Below are positions 18,411-28,249 of a stretch of DNA of 64,000 bases, in pieces; position 1 is the stretch's first letter; every line of letters starts with the position of its first letter. Under the pieces are notes generated by a model. It did not search any database. It worked only from the letters and a program-made list of their open reading frames with translations, and had not been told where the DNA came from. Source of the stretch: an uncultured Clostridia bacterium (GTDB lineage: Bacteria; Bacillota; Clostridia; TANB77; CAG-508); NCBI GenBank assembly GCA_947594935.1, contig CANQEM010000006.1:225-64224 (forward strand), in the 5' to 3' direction. The position numbers and the translations under genes are program-made.

Positions 18411-19760
18411 ATGGAAGTAGAAGAAATTATTGAAAAAGTAACTGAATTGATAGACAACAAAAAAATAAAAGACCTACGCGAATTTTTAGAAAATGTTAAT
18501 AGTGCTGATTTCCCGAGTATATTAGAAAATGTTGATGAAGATAAAACAATTATGATATACAGACTTTTATCAAAAGAAAAAGCAGCAGAAGTTTTTGTTG
18601 AATTAGAACATGATGACCAAGAATATCTAATAAATTGCTTAACAGATGCCGAAATTAAAAATGTTATGAATGAAATTTACATGGATGATGCCGTTGACTT
18701 AATTGAAGAAATGCCATCAAATGTTGTAAAAAGAATTCTAGCTAACACAAAAACTGAGAATAGAAAAATTATCAATGAGTTGCTAAAATATCCAGATGAT
18801 ACAGCTGGAACACTTATGACAACAGAGTTTATAGACTTAAAGGAAACCATGACAGTAGACCAAGCATTTAGGTTTATAAAACGTAAAGGGTTAAAAACTG
18901 AAAATGTATATAACTGTTATGTTGTAACTGTGGATAGAAAATTACTAGGGATAGTTGACATTAAAGACCTTTTGGTTGCAGAGCGAAATGAGCTTATAAA
19001 AGACATTATGGATACCAATGTAGTCAAAGTAAATACTCTTGATGACCAAGAAGATGTAACAAAAATGTTTGATAAATATAACTATGTGGCACTTCCTGTT
19101 GTTGATAAAGAAAATAGGCTTGTTGGTATTATCACAATAGATGATGCTATCGACGTTATTCAAGAGGAAACTTTGGAAGACTTCGAGAAAATGGCTGCTA
19201 TTACCCCAGATGATGGAGATACTTATTTAAAAACAAGTGTATTCAAACATGCTAAAAGCAGAATTATTTGGTTACTTATATTGATGCTTTCCGCAATGGT
19301 TACAGGAGAAGTTATTGAAAACTATGAAGCTGCAATCTCTACACTACCTTTATTAGTTGCATTTATCCCTATGCTTATGGACACTGGCGGAAACTGTGGT
19401 TCTCAGACTTCCACTCTTATAATAAGAGGACTTGCAATGGAAGAACTTTCTACAAAAGACATTTTTAGAGCTTTATGGAAAGAGTTCAGAGTTGCTTTTG
19501 TTGTTGGCGTGGTATTAGCAATAGCAAATTCAATAAGAATTATGATACAATATAACGATTTAAAAATTGCTGTTGTTGTTGGTATCACTCTTATATGTAC
19601 TGTAATTATGGCAAAGCTATTAGGCTGTATTTTACCTATGATAGCTAAAAAATTAAAATTAGACCCAGCAATTATGGCAGCACCGCTTATTACAACAATA
19701 GTTGATACATTATCAGTATTAGTATTTTTTAATATAGCAACAATGGTGTTTCAATTGTAG
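18411..19760 (+). CDS. mgtE: Magnesium transporter MgtE
   Basis: MgtE N-domain, CBS pair, C-terminal 5-TM domain with PMLMDTGGN motif. Confidence 0.92.
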   Translation: MEVEEIIEKVTELIDNKKIKDLREFLENVNSADFPSILENVDEDKTIMIYRLLSKEKAAEVFVELEHDDQEYLINCLTDAEIKNVMNEIYMDDAVDLIEEMPSNVVKRILANTKTENRKIINELLKYPDDTAGTLMTTEFIDLKETMTVDQAFRFIKRKGLKTENVYNCYVVTVDRKLLGIVDIKDLLVAERNELIKDIMDTNVVKVNTLDDQEDVTKMFDKYNYVALPVVDKENRLVGIITIDDAIDVIQEETLEDFEKMAAITPDDGDTYLKTSVFKHAKSRIIWLLILMLSAMVTGEVIENYEAAISTLPLLVAFIPMLMDTGGNCGSQTSTLIIRGLAMEELSTKDIFRALWKEFRVAFVVGVVLAIANSIRIMIQYNDLKIAVVVGITLICTVIMAKLLGCILPMIAKKLKLDPAIMAAPLITTIVDTLSVLVFFNIATMVFQL

Positions 19761-19776
19761 AAAGGGATGAAGTAAA

Positions 19777-20175
19777 ATGAAAATAACTACAAAAGGAAGA
19801 TATGCACTAAGAGTTATGATAGATTTAGCCATACATAGTAATGGCAAATATATTTCTTTAAAAGATATTGCTAATAGGCAAGAAATATCAAATAAATATT
19901 TAGAGCAAATTATTGCTATGTTAAACAAAGCTGGATATTTAAAAACTGCAAGAGGCAATAATGGCGGTTACCAATTAGCTAAAAAACCAAGTGAATATAC
20001 AATTGGTGATATTTTGAGAGCAACAGAAGGAGAGTTAGCTCCTGCATATTGCTTAACAGAAGATGGTGAATGTGAAAAAAAGGAGAATTGCAAAACTTTC
20101 TCTTTTTGGAAGGGCTTAGATGATACTATAAACCAATATATGGATAGTAAAACCTTAGAAGATTTAGCAAAATAG
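19777..20175 (+). CDS. Rrf2 family transcriptional regulator (IscR/CymR-like)
   Basis: MKITTKGRYALRVMIDLA N-terminus; three C-terminal Cys (CLTEDGECEKKENC); precedes nifS-nifU. Confidence 0.88.
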   Translation: MKITTKGRYALRVMIDLAIHSNGKYISLKDIANRQEISNKYLEQIIAMLNKAGYLKTARGNNGGYQLAKKPSEYTIGDILRATEGELAPAYCLTEDGECEKKENCKTFSFWKGLDDTINQYMDSKTLEDLAK

Positions 20176-20188
20176 AAAAATTTTTTAA

Positions 20189-20243
20189 TTCCTATTGACT
20201 TACTAGGAAATATATGATATAATTCCTACTAGTTTAATAGGAA
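20189..20243 (+). promoter_or_regulatory. nifS promoter (TTGACT 20195-20200, 17 nt, TGaTATAAT to 20223) bracketed by two TTCCTA-N9-TAGGAA palindromes (20189-20209, 20223-20243)
   Basis: Both 21-bp sites have perfect 6-bp inverted arms; one covers the -35, the other the start-site region. Confidence 0.6.
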
Positions 20244-20255
20244 AGGGAGATTTAT

Positions 20256-21431
20256 ATGGATACAATTTATTTAGACAATAGTGCTACAACTAGAACAGAT
20301 GATGAAGTTTTAAAAGCAATGTTACCATATTTTTCAGAACACTATGGAAACCCATCATCAATCTACAAAATAGGTAGAGAAAATAGGAGAGCAGTTGAAG
20401 ACGCTAGGGAAAAAGTTGCCAAAGCTTTAAACTGTGAACCAGATGAAATATATTTTACAGCAGGAGGAAGCGAAAGTGATAATACTGCAATAAGAGGAAT
20501 TGCATATAATTACAAGAAAAAAGGAAATCACATTATTACTTCTAAAATAGAGCATCCAGCTGTATTAGAAACATGCAAACAACTAGAAAAGGAAGGTTTT
20601 GAAGTAAGCTACATTAACGTAGATGAAAATGGTTTTATAAAACTAGATGAATTACAAAATGCAATAAAACCAACTACTACCTTAATAACAGTAATGTTTG
20701 CAAATAATGAAATTGGAACAATTCAACCAATTAAAGAAATAGGTGAAATTGCTCATAAAAATAACATCATATTCCACACAGATGCAGTTCAAGCTGTTGG
20801 AAGTGTAAGAATAGATGTAAAAGAATTAAATATTGATAGTCTTTCTTTATCAGGTCATAAATTTTACGGACCAAAAGGTATTGGTGCTTTATATGTTAAA
20901 AAAGGCGTTCAATTCCAAAAATTCGTAAATGGTGGACATCAAGAAAGAAATAAAAGAGCTGGAACAGAAAATGTTCCAGGAATTGTAGGGCTAGGTAAAG
21001 CAATTGAATTAGCTTATGAAAATTTAGAAGAACACAACAAAAAAATCAAAGAATTAAGAGACTACTATGTAGAACAAATTGAAAAAAGAGTTCCTTATAT
21101 CAAAGTTAATGGTGATAAGGAAAAGAGATTACCTGGAAATAGTAATATTTCATTTAGATTTATTGAGGGCGAAGGTTTGTTACTAAACTTAGATTTAAAA
21201 GGAATTTGCGCTTCAAGTGGTAGCGCTTGTACTTCTGGTTCATTAGACCCATCCCATGTATTACTTGCAATTGGCTTACCTCATGAAATTGCTCATGGTT
21301 CTTTAAGAGTTTCAATTGGTAAATACAACACAAAAGAGGAAATAGATTATACTATTGATAGTATAGTTGAAATTGTTTCTCGCCTAAGAGAAATGTCACC
21401 TTTATGGGAAGAATTTAACGAAAAAGCTTAA
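20256..21431 (+). CDS. nifS: Cysteine desulfurase NifS/IscS
   Basis: PLP lysine motif [12 protein letters not shown]; active-site loop SSGSACTSG. Confidence 0.92.
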   Translation: MDTIYLDNSATTRTDDEVLKAMLPYFSEHYGNPSSIYKIGRENRRAVEDAREKVAKALNCEPDEIYFTAGGSESDNTAIRGIAYNYKKKGNHIITSKIEHPAVLETCKQLEKEGFEVSYINVDENGFIKLDELQNAIKPTTTLITVMFANNEIGTIQPIKEIGEIAHKNNIIFHTDAVQAVGSVRIDVKELNIDSLSLSGHKFYGPKGIGALYVKKGVQFQKFVNGGHQERNKRAGTENVPGIVGLGKAIELAYENLEEHNKKIKELRDYYVEQIEKRVPYIKVNGDKEKRLPGNSNISFRFIEGEGLLLNLDLKGICASSGSACTSGSLDPSHVLLAIGLPHEIAHGSLRVSIGKYNTKEEIDYTIDSIVEIVSRLREMSPLWEEFNEKA

Positions 21432-21452
21432 ATAGAAAGGAATTAAAATATT

Positions 21453-21893
21453 ATGGAATATACAGATAAAGTAGTTGATCATTATACAAACCCAAGAAAT
21501 GTAGGGAAAATTGAAGACGCCTCAGGAGTGGGCGAAGTTGGTAACCCTGTATGTGGGGATATAATGAAAATGTTTATAAAAGTAGAAAATAATATAATTG
21601 TAGATGTAAAATTTAAAACATTTGGATGCGGTGCAGCAATTGCAACAAGTAGTATTTCAACAGAAATGATAAAAGGTAAAACAATTGAAGAAGCATTAGC
21701 TTTAAAAAATACTGATGTTGTAAACAGTTTAGGTGGTTTACCACCAGTTAAGTTACATTGCTCAGTTTTGGCTGAGGAAGCTATTCATGAAGCAATCGCA
21801 GATTATTATAGAAAAGAAGGCAAAATGACAGAGGAAGAAATCAAAGAAAAATGTAACTTAAAAGAACATCACTGTGAACATTGTGAAGGCTAA
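21453..21893 (+). CDS. nifU: Fe-S cluster assembly scaffold NifU/IscU
   Basis: Conserved Cys motifs GNPVCGD, FGCGAAIA, LHCS. Confidence 0.92.
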   Translation: MEYTDKVVDHYTNPRNVGKIEDASGVGEVGNPVCGDIMKMFIKVENNIIVDVKFKTFGCGAAIATSSISTEMIKGKTIEEALALKNTDVVNSLGGLPPVKLHCSVLAEEAIHEAIADYYRKEGKMTEEEIKEKCNLKEHHCEHCEG

Positions 21894-21898
21894 GAAAT

Positions 21899-22921
21899 TT
21901 AAGATTTTATATTCAAATAACTATTATTTGGGAACACTATTTTAACAAGTGTTCCTTCTTTTTTTGTAGATTCCAGTTCTATACCAAGCCCTAGCTTAGT
22001 GCCTAGTTTTTTACACAAGTATAATCCTATTCCCGTAGATTTTTTGTTGGTTGTTCTCCCATTTGTACCTGTAAATCCTTTTTCAAAAACTCGTGATACT
22101 TCACTTTTTTCAATGCCAATTCCGTTATCTTGTATGTATAAAATGCTGTTTTCTTTCCCTTCTTCTGCATAAAATTCAATTTCAGATTTACTTGCTTTGT
22201 TTCGATATTTAATGCTGTTTTGTATAATTTGGTTTAAAATAAAAGTCAACCACTTGCTATCTGTATTAACAGTTTTGTCTAAGTCATGTGAATTTATGCT
22301 GATTTTTTCACTAATTAAAGTTTTCTTATTTTTACGTATTGCTTCATTTACTAGTTCTTTCAAATTGCATTTCCTTATGTAATAATCTTTCTCTACTGTG
22401 TTGCTTCTTGCATAATATAGAGCTTGTTCAGTATAGTTTTCAATTTTATCTAGTTCCTCATTTATACTTTTTGTAGCTTCTGTTTTGTTGTTTTCTACAA
22501 TCATTTTTCCACTTGCTATTGGTAGTTTTATTTCATGTATCCACATTTCTATATATTCTTTGTAATCTTCCATTAAATATTTATATTTATTCACGTTTTC
22601 AATCATTGATTTATCAAGTTGTTTGATAATTTCCATTAGTATTTTCCCATCAAAAAAATTCGGCGTATCAACCACTTCTGATATTAAATATTTTTCATCT
22701 AATTCATTTATAACTTCATAGATTGTTTTGTAAAATTTCTTTTTACGCATATATTCTACAAAAATGGAAATGAGATATAAACTTAAAATTGTTATTGGAA
22801 TATATAATTTTATAAAATTATCAGTAGTGTATGCTAACAAAAATATTTCTATTGTAACTAAACCGAATAAAATTAAAGTTATTTGCAGTATTTTGTCTTT
22901 CAAAAAATTCTTTATTTTCAT
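21899..22921 (-). CDS. Sensor histidine kinase, BceS-like (intramembrane-sensing)
   Basis: Two N-terminal TM helices with almost no loop, H-box IHEIKLPIA, HATPase motifs DNGIGI and GIGLYL. Confidence 0.85.
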   Translation of the reverse strand: MKIKNFLKDKILQITLILFGLVTIEIFLLAYTTDNFIKLYIPITILSLYLISIFVEYMRKKKFYKTIYEVINELDEKYLISEVVDTPNFFDGKILMEIIKQLDKSMIENVNKYKYLMEDYKEYIEMWIHEIKLPIASGKMIVENNKTEATKSINEELDKIENYTEQALYYARSNTVEKDYYIRKCNLKELVNEAIRKNKKTLISEKISINSHDLDKTVNTDSKWLTFILNQIIQNSIKYRNKASKSEIEFYAEEGKENSILYIQDNGIGIEKSEVSRVFEKGFTGTNGRTTNKKSTGIGLYLCKKLGTKLGLGIELESTKKEGTLVKIVFPNNSYLNIKS

Positions 22922-22936
22922 TTTTGCTACTCCCCC

Positions 22937-23614
22937 CTATTGGCTAATTTTAAGTATATATCCTTGCCCTCGTCTTGTTTCTAAGAGTTCTTTTAAGTTT
23001 AATTCTTCAAGTTTGTTGCGTAACCTCGTTATATTAACTGTTAGAGTGTTGTCATCTATAAAACTTTCACTTTCCCATAAATATTCCATAAGTTCTTCTC
23101 GTGAGACAATTTTATCTCGTTTTTCATTTAGGCATTTAAGTATTTTTAATTCATTTCTTGTTAGTTCTATCTCTTTACCTTCTTTAATAAGTGTGCTTTT
23201 TGATAAGTTAATCGTAAAATCTGGTGCTATAATTTTGTCTTGTGCAAGTCCTATATTCATTCTGCGTAATACTGAGTTAATTTTTGCTAGTAAAATTTGA
23301 ATATTAAATGGCTTTGTTATATAATGGTCTGCTCCATAGTTTATGCTTAGCAGTTCGTCCATTTCATTGTCTGAACTTGTAATAATTATTATTGGGACAT
23401 TTGATTTTTTTCTGATTTCTTTGCAAATAAATTCGCCATTTGCTTCTGGTAAGTTTATGTCTAATAGTATTAAGTTTGGGGCTATATTTAAAATTTCTTG
23501 AATTGTGTTCTGAAATTGTTTTAGGCTTTCTGCTTGATAGCCATTGTTGTTCAAAAAAATTTCTAGTTCATCACGTAGTTTTTCATCATCTTCTACAATT
23601 AAAATTTTTTGCAT
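22937..23614 (-). CDS. OmpR-family response regulator, BceR-like
   Basis: Receiver domain (DDE...D...K) plus winged-helix C-terminus RRGQGY. Confidence 0.9.
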   Translation of the reverse strand: MQKILIVEDDEKLRDELEIFLNNNGYQAESLKQFQNTIQEILNIAPNLILLDINLPEANGEFICKEIRKKSNVPIIIITSSDNEMDELLSINYGADHYITKPFNIQILLAKINSVLRRMNIGLAQDKIIAPDFTINLSKSTLIKEGKEIELTRNELKILKCLNEKRDKIVSREELMEYLWESESFIDDNTLTVNITRLRNKLEELNLKELLETRRGQGYILKISQ

Positions 23615-23665
23615 TCTTCTCTCCCCTTTCTCTCTAATTATATCATAAACTCTATTAAAACAACC

Positions 23666-23744
23666 TTACAATTTTGTAATATTGCAAAAATGTAAGATTT
23701 TGTAATATAAATCGATGGTAAGTATTAAAAATTTCGGTTATAAT
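23666..23744 (+). promoter_or_regulatory. BceR-type operator TTACA-N4-TGTAA (23666-23679) plus TGTAA half-site repeats (23691-23705), upstream of -10 TATAAT (23739-23744) with a weak -35
   Basis: Matches the published BceR-like box TNACA-N4-TGTAA; lies in the divergent region between the RR and the ABC genes. Confidence 0.6.
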
Positions 23745-23770
23745 GTTCTTAGTTGAAAGGAGTTTTTGTT

Positions 23771-24538
23771 ATGGAAAAAATTTTAGAGGTGCAAAACATA
23801 GAAAAATACTATGGAAATAGATTTAACTTAACTAAGGCAATATCTGGAATTAGTTTTGAAGTTGTAAAAGGAGAATTCGTAGGCATCATGGGAGCTTCTG
23901 GTTCAGGAAAAACTACTCTTTTAAATTGTATATCTACAATAGATAAAGTAACGGCTGGACACATCATAATAAATAATGAAGATATTACAAAGTTGCGAGG
24001 AAATAAATTAAATAAATTTCGAAGAGAGGAATTAGGCTTTATTTTTCAAGATTTCAATTTATTAGATACTTTAACTTGTTATGAGAATATAGCTCTTGCT
24101 CTCACTATTCAGAAAATACACGCAAGAGAAATTGATTATAGAGTAAATGAAATAGCTAAAAAATTAGACATAAGCAATATCTTAAAAAAATATCCATATC
24201 AAGTATCTGGTGGTCAAAAGCAAAGAGTTGCATCTGCAAGAGCGATTATTACTAATCCTAAACTTGTACTTGCAGACGAACCAACCGGTAGTTTAGATTC
24301 AAAATCAGCAAGGCAATTGTTAGAAAACTTTGAATTTTTAAATCAAAAATTACAAGCCACTATTTTAATGGTAACACATGATGCCTTTACAGCCTCTTAT
24401 GCTAACCGAATACTATTTATAAAAGACGGTAAAATTTTCAATGAATTAGTAAAAGGAAACAGCACTAGAAAGCAATTCTTTGAAAAAATAATAGAAGTGC
24501 AAACACTTCTTGGAGGTGATTTGAACGATGTTATTTAA
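23771..24538 (+). CDS. ABC transporter ATP-binding protein, BceA-like
   Basis: Walker A GASGSGKTT, signature VSGGQKQR, Walker B LVLADEPTG; ATG 23771 after AAAGGAG (the track's TTG lies in the RBS). Confidence 0.9.
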   Translation: MEKILEVQNIEKYYGNRFNLTKAISGISFEVVKGEFVGIMGASGSGKTTLLNCISTIDKVTAGHIIINNEDITKLRGNKLNKFRREELGFIFQDFNLLDTLTCYENIALALTIQKIHAREIDYRVNEIAKKLDISNILKKYPYQVSGGQKQRVASARAIITNPKLVLADEPTGSLDSKSARQLLENFEFLNQKLQATILMVTHDAFTASYANRILFIKDGKIFNELVKGNSTRKQFFEKIIEVQTLLGGDLNDVI

Positions 24539-26618
24539 GCTATCAATAAAAAATATTGCTAAAAGCATAAAAGACTACGCAATATATTTTTTAACACTAG
24601 TTCTAGGTGTAGCTATTTTCTATATGTTCAATTCATTAGATAGTCAACAAGCTATGCTCCAAGTTTCAAGCTCCACCTTAGACATTATTCAACTGATGAT
24701 AGGTATTTTAAGTTTTGTTTCAATATTTGTTGCAGTAGTTTTGGGGTTACTAATTGTGTATGCAAATAATTTTTTGATAAATAGAAGAAAAAAAGAATTT
24801 GGTATATATATGACACTTGGAATGGGCAGAAAGAAAATATCAGAAATCATTTTATTAGAAACTGTATTTGTAGGTTTAATATCACTCGCAGTTGGCCTTA
24901 TTATTGGTATATTTGCATCACAATTTATGTCAATACTTGTGGCAAAATTGTTTGAAGCTGATATGAGTAAATTTCATTTTGTATTTTCAAAAGATGCGTG
25001 TATAAAAACATGTATATATTTTGCAATTATGTATTTAGCAGTAATGATTTTTAACACGATGACTATTTTAAGGTATAAACTGATAAATCTATTAAACGCT
25101 TATAAGAAAAATGAGAAAATAAAAATTAAAAATCCTATTATGGCTATTTTGATTTTTGTAATTGGTGTCTGTATTTTAGGCTATGCTTATTATATGGTCA
25201 CAGGAAAAGCTAATACACTTGAAACAGAAGACTTAATAAAACCAATTTCTATGGGAATAGTAGGAACAGTTGCAATTTTTTGGTCATTATCTGGTTTTAT
25301 CCTTATCACAATACAAAAAATGAAAAATATATACTTAAAAGATACAAATATGTTTATTTTAAGGCAAATAAACAATAAGATAAATACAACGGTTATAAGT
25401 ATGAGTGTAATTTGTATAATGCTTTTTATGACCATTACTATTTTATCTTCTAGCCTGTCTCTAAGGAATTCTATGCAAAAAGATTTAATTGAAATGACTC
25501 CGGTAGATATAAATCTTGAAAAAAAGGTTAATTTGCCAGAAAGTTTTGTAGGTTCTGACGGGAATACACATCTATATGATAAAACTTTAATAGATGATTC
25601 AAAAATACCAATTACTGAAACTTTAAAAAACAATGGCATGGATATGAATCTTTTGAAAGATATTATTGAAATACCAATTTATGAAGAAGAAAATTTAACG
25701 GTCGCTAAATTTTTAGGTGACCAATTTGAAGCAATACATCAAGAATTTCCATTTTTAATGTACGAAAATATTGAAAAAATTGTAAAGATTTCAGATTACA
25801 ACAAAATAGCAGAACTTTATGGAATAAAAAAATATGAAGTAAAAGATAATGAATATATCATGATTTGTGATTTTGATAATCAAGTACAAATACGCAATCG
25901 AACTTTATCAAGCGGAAATAACACCTTAGAAATTGCAGGAAAAAAATATATTTCAAAGTATTCAGAATGTCAGCCAGGTTTTATGGAAATATCTGCAACT
26001 CATTCAAATCTCGGTATTTTACTAGTTCCAGATAATTGTCCTTTAACAAGACAGTCAAAATATTTCTTAGTTGCCAATTACAATGCTAATACTGATGAGG
26101 AAAAAGAAAACATTGAAAAGGTTTTTTCTGATGATAATTCAGATTTAATACAATCTTTAAGTAAAAATGCTTTAACATATAATTTTAGTGGTATGACTAA
26201 AATATCTATTATAGAATCATCTGTTGGAATAACTACAATTATCATATTTATTGCTATTTACCTAGGTTTGATTTTTTTGATTGCAAGTAGTGTTATATTA
26301 GCTTTGAAGCAATTGACAGAAGCAAGTGATAATAGGCAAAGATTCACTATTTTGAGAAAAATTGGTTGTGACGAAAAAATGATAAATAAGTCATTATTTA
26401 GTCAGATTGGGATATTCTTTGGACTGCCACTTGTACTAGCAGTGGTTCATTCAATTTTTGGAATACAATTTGTTTTGATTGGATTATCTGGAATAACTAA
26501 TCAGGGTGATTTAGTACCTTCAATTATATTTACCACCTTAATTATTGGAGTAATTTATGGCGCATATTTTTTGGCAACATATTTTGGTGGAAAATCTATC
26601 ATAAAAGAGGGAGATTAA
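24528..26618 (+). CDS. FtsX-family ABC permease, BceB-like (10 TM with a large extracellular domain)
   Basis: About 700 aa, TM clusters at both ends, about 230-aa hydrophilic loop (aa ~310-540), paired with the BceA/RS genes. Confidence 0.85.
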   Translation: MLFKLSIKNIAKSIKDYAIYFLTLVLGVAIFYMFNSLDSQQAMLQVSSSTLDIIQLMIGILSFVSIFVAVVLGLLIVYANNFLINRRKKEFGIYMTLGMGRKKISEIILLETVFVGLISLAVGLIIGIFASQFMSILVAKLFEADMSKFHFVFSKDACIKTCIYFAIMYLAVMIFNTMTILRYKLINLLNAYKKNEKIKIKNPIMAILIFVIGVCILGYAYYMVTGKANTLETEDLIKPISMGIVGTVAIFWSLSGFILITIQKMKNIYLKDTNMFILRQINNKINTTVISMSVICIMLFMTITILSSSLSLRNSMQKDLIEMTPVDINLEKKVNLPESFVGSDGNTHLYDKTLIDDSKIPITETLKNNGMDMNLLKDIIEIPIYEEENLTVAKFLGDQFEAIHQEFPFLMYENIEKIVKISDYNKIAELYGIKKYEVKDNEYIMICDFDNQVQIRNRTLSSGNNTLEIAGKKYISKYSECQPGFMEISATHSNLGILLVPDNCPLTRQSKYFLVANYNANTDEEKENIEKVFSDDNSDLIQSLSKNALTYNFSGMTKISIIESSVGITTIIIFIAIYLGLIFLIASSVILALKQLTEASDNRQRFTILRKIGCDEKMINKSLFSQIGIFFGLPLVLAVVHSIFGIQFVLIGLSGITNQGDLVPSIIFTTLIIGVIYGAYFLATYFGGKSIIKEGD

Positions 26619-26641
26619 AAAAAGAGCATTTGCTCTTTTTT
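26617..26641. terminator. Bidirectional terminator (aaagagca-tt-tgctcttt) between convergent genes
   Basis: 8-bp stem flanked by A-run and T-run. Confidence 0.75.
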
Positions 26642-27905
26642 AATCTCCAAAAGCATATCCGCCAATTATTAACCCTGTTGTTACATCAACATATACTGAA
26701 ACACCATTTCCCATATCATTTGCTTTTGTAACAACATAGCATTTTCTTTTATGTGTATTATATATATCATCATATTCTCGATATTTTCGTGTGAAATAAT
26801 TATTTGGATAAACTTCATCAATTCTTATATTTTCTTCTGCGGTGTCATCAATTCCTTCTCCTGCAATTCTTGAAGCAGATTCTTTAAAGCCTTGTTCTGC
26901 GATTTCCTTTGCTTTACTCTCAGAAATTTTAATTTCAACACTATCTACCGAATAATTTTCTGGGTCTTTTACAAAATATTTTTCATCAAGTGCATCTACA
27001 CTGTTATTGAAATTTGAAATAATTACATCTTCGCTATCTTGTTTGTCTGCTTCATCTTGGTAATATTGCCTTTCTGTTATCCAGTTATTTGAAGATGTTG
27101 GTGTTATAAAACGCTGAGTATCTGCATCATCTTTGTCTTTTCCAACTTCAAGTAAAAGATGCCCGTATTGTGGTGAAGTTACACTGGTAAAAAATTCTGT
27201 TGGCATGTGATAATAATCATATTCAGAAGAGTTTTCTCCAATTAGTGCTGATACGTCAATCTTTTTCAAAGTTTCTTCTGAAAAATCATCTATTGCATAT
27301 AAATCACATTTTGAACCATCTGCACTCGGTATAGTTAAATATCCATCAACAGTCATTCCAGATTGATTTAAAAATTTTAGGGTACAACTATCGTTTAGTT
27401 CAGAAGGTAAGGCAATTTTAGTCCAATACTCCCCACTAGATGTAGTTTTTAAAATATTGCCTTTGCCTTCTTGGTCTAAGTAGAAAATATATCCAAAAGC
27501 ACCAGAAATTCTAATATATTTTATTTTTGCATTGGCAGGAATACCAACTGCACCAGCTGTTAATTCTTTTGTTTTCCAATTTTCGAAGTCCTCTGTGCGT
27601 ACCAAATATATTTTGTCATCTAATCTATAATAAAAATAAATTCCCCCTGTTACTTTTGAGTTTGATTTGTAGTTTTCTTCTTGATAATCTGCCATGCTCA
27701 TTTGTGAAAAATCTCCTGGTACTTGGTAGTACTTGTTGTCAAGTTCTTTTTTTACATATAGTTTGCCACTTTGCAAGTAGAAACTTGCATCAGAAGAAAG
27801 TGTTTTTAAATTTTCATCAGATTTTAAATTATAAAAATATGACGCTATACATAGAGCTACTATAATAAATATTATTGCAATTATTACAAGAATTTTTTTC
27901 TTCAT
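26640..27905 (-). CDS. Membrane-anchored extracytoplasmic protein, unknown function (Asp-box/BNR-like motifs, PepSY-like C-terminus)
   Basis: Single N-terminal TM helix; SSGEYW and EDFENW motifs; C-terminal KAKEIAEQ...TGLIIGGY resembles PepSY; own extended -10 promoter (TGcTATAAT) upstream. Confidence 0.4.
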   Translation of the reverse strand: MKKKILVIIAIIFIIVALCIASYFYNLKSDENLKTLSSDASFYLQSGKLYVKKELDNKYYQVPGDFSQMSMADYQEENYKSNSKVTGGIYFYYRLDDKIYLVRTEDFENWKTKELTAGAVGIPANAKIKYIRISGAFGYIFYLDQEGKGNILKTTSSGEYWTKIALPSELNDSCTLKFLNQSGMTVDGYLTIPSADGSKCDLYAIDDFSEETLKKIDVSALIGENSSEYDYYHMPTEFFTSVTSPQYGHLLLEVGKDKDDADTQRFITPTSSNNWITERQYYQDEADKQDSEDVIISNFNNSVDALDEKYFVKDPENYSVDSVEIKISESKAKEIAEQGFKESASRIAGEGIDDTAEENIRIDEVYPNNYFTRKYREYDDIYNTHKRKCYVVTKANDMGNGVSVYVDVTTGLIIGGYAFGD

Positions 27906-27988
27906 AAATAGCACTTCCTTTTCATATTATACAAGTAAATTATAGCAAAAAAGCAGGCGAATGTAAAGAATTCACGTGCTTTTATTTT

Positions 27989-28249
27989 CTATACTAATAT
28001 CAGCTCTGTACCATTTTTTATATTAGATTGTTTCACTGTCAACCTAATATTATATGGTTTAGCTGTTGATTTATCATATAAGGTAGGAAAACTTTTAGGT
28101 TTATAATATCCATCACTAAATTCAACAATGATTTTTACTAATAATTTGATAATATCATAAATTTTTTTATTTGCTGGTATTTTAATATCATATTCTTGTT
28201 CCAGCATTGGCACATATAATTTTACTAATATTTTATTCATCATCTTCAC
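27989..28249 (-). CDS. esaB: Ubiquitin-like T7SS protein, YukD/EsaB family
   Basis: About 80 aa beta-grasp-like sequence immediately after and overlapping essC; start ambiguous (GTG 28249 or ATG 28243). Confidence 0.7.
   Translation of the reverse strand: MKMMNKILVKLYVPMLEQEYDIKIPANKKIYDIIKLLVKIIVEFSDGYYKPKSFPTLYDKSTAKPYNIRLTVKQSNIKNGTELILV

Noticed and set aside
22764-23300. 178-aa plus-strand ORF spanning the junction of the histidine kinase and response regulator genes
   Set aside because: It is antisense to two well-supported genes, S/I/L-rich, and has no RBS. It is a long open shadow frame only.
25190-25639. 149-aa minus-strand ORF inside the BceB-like permease gene
   Set aside because: It is antisense to a motif-supported permease and has no RBS or motif.
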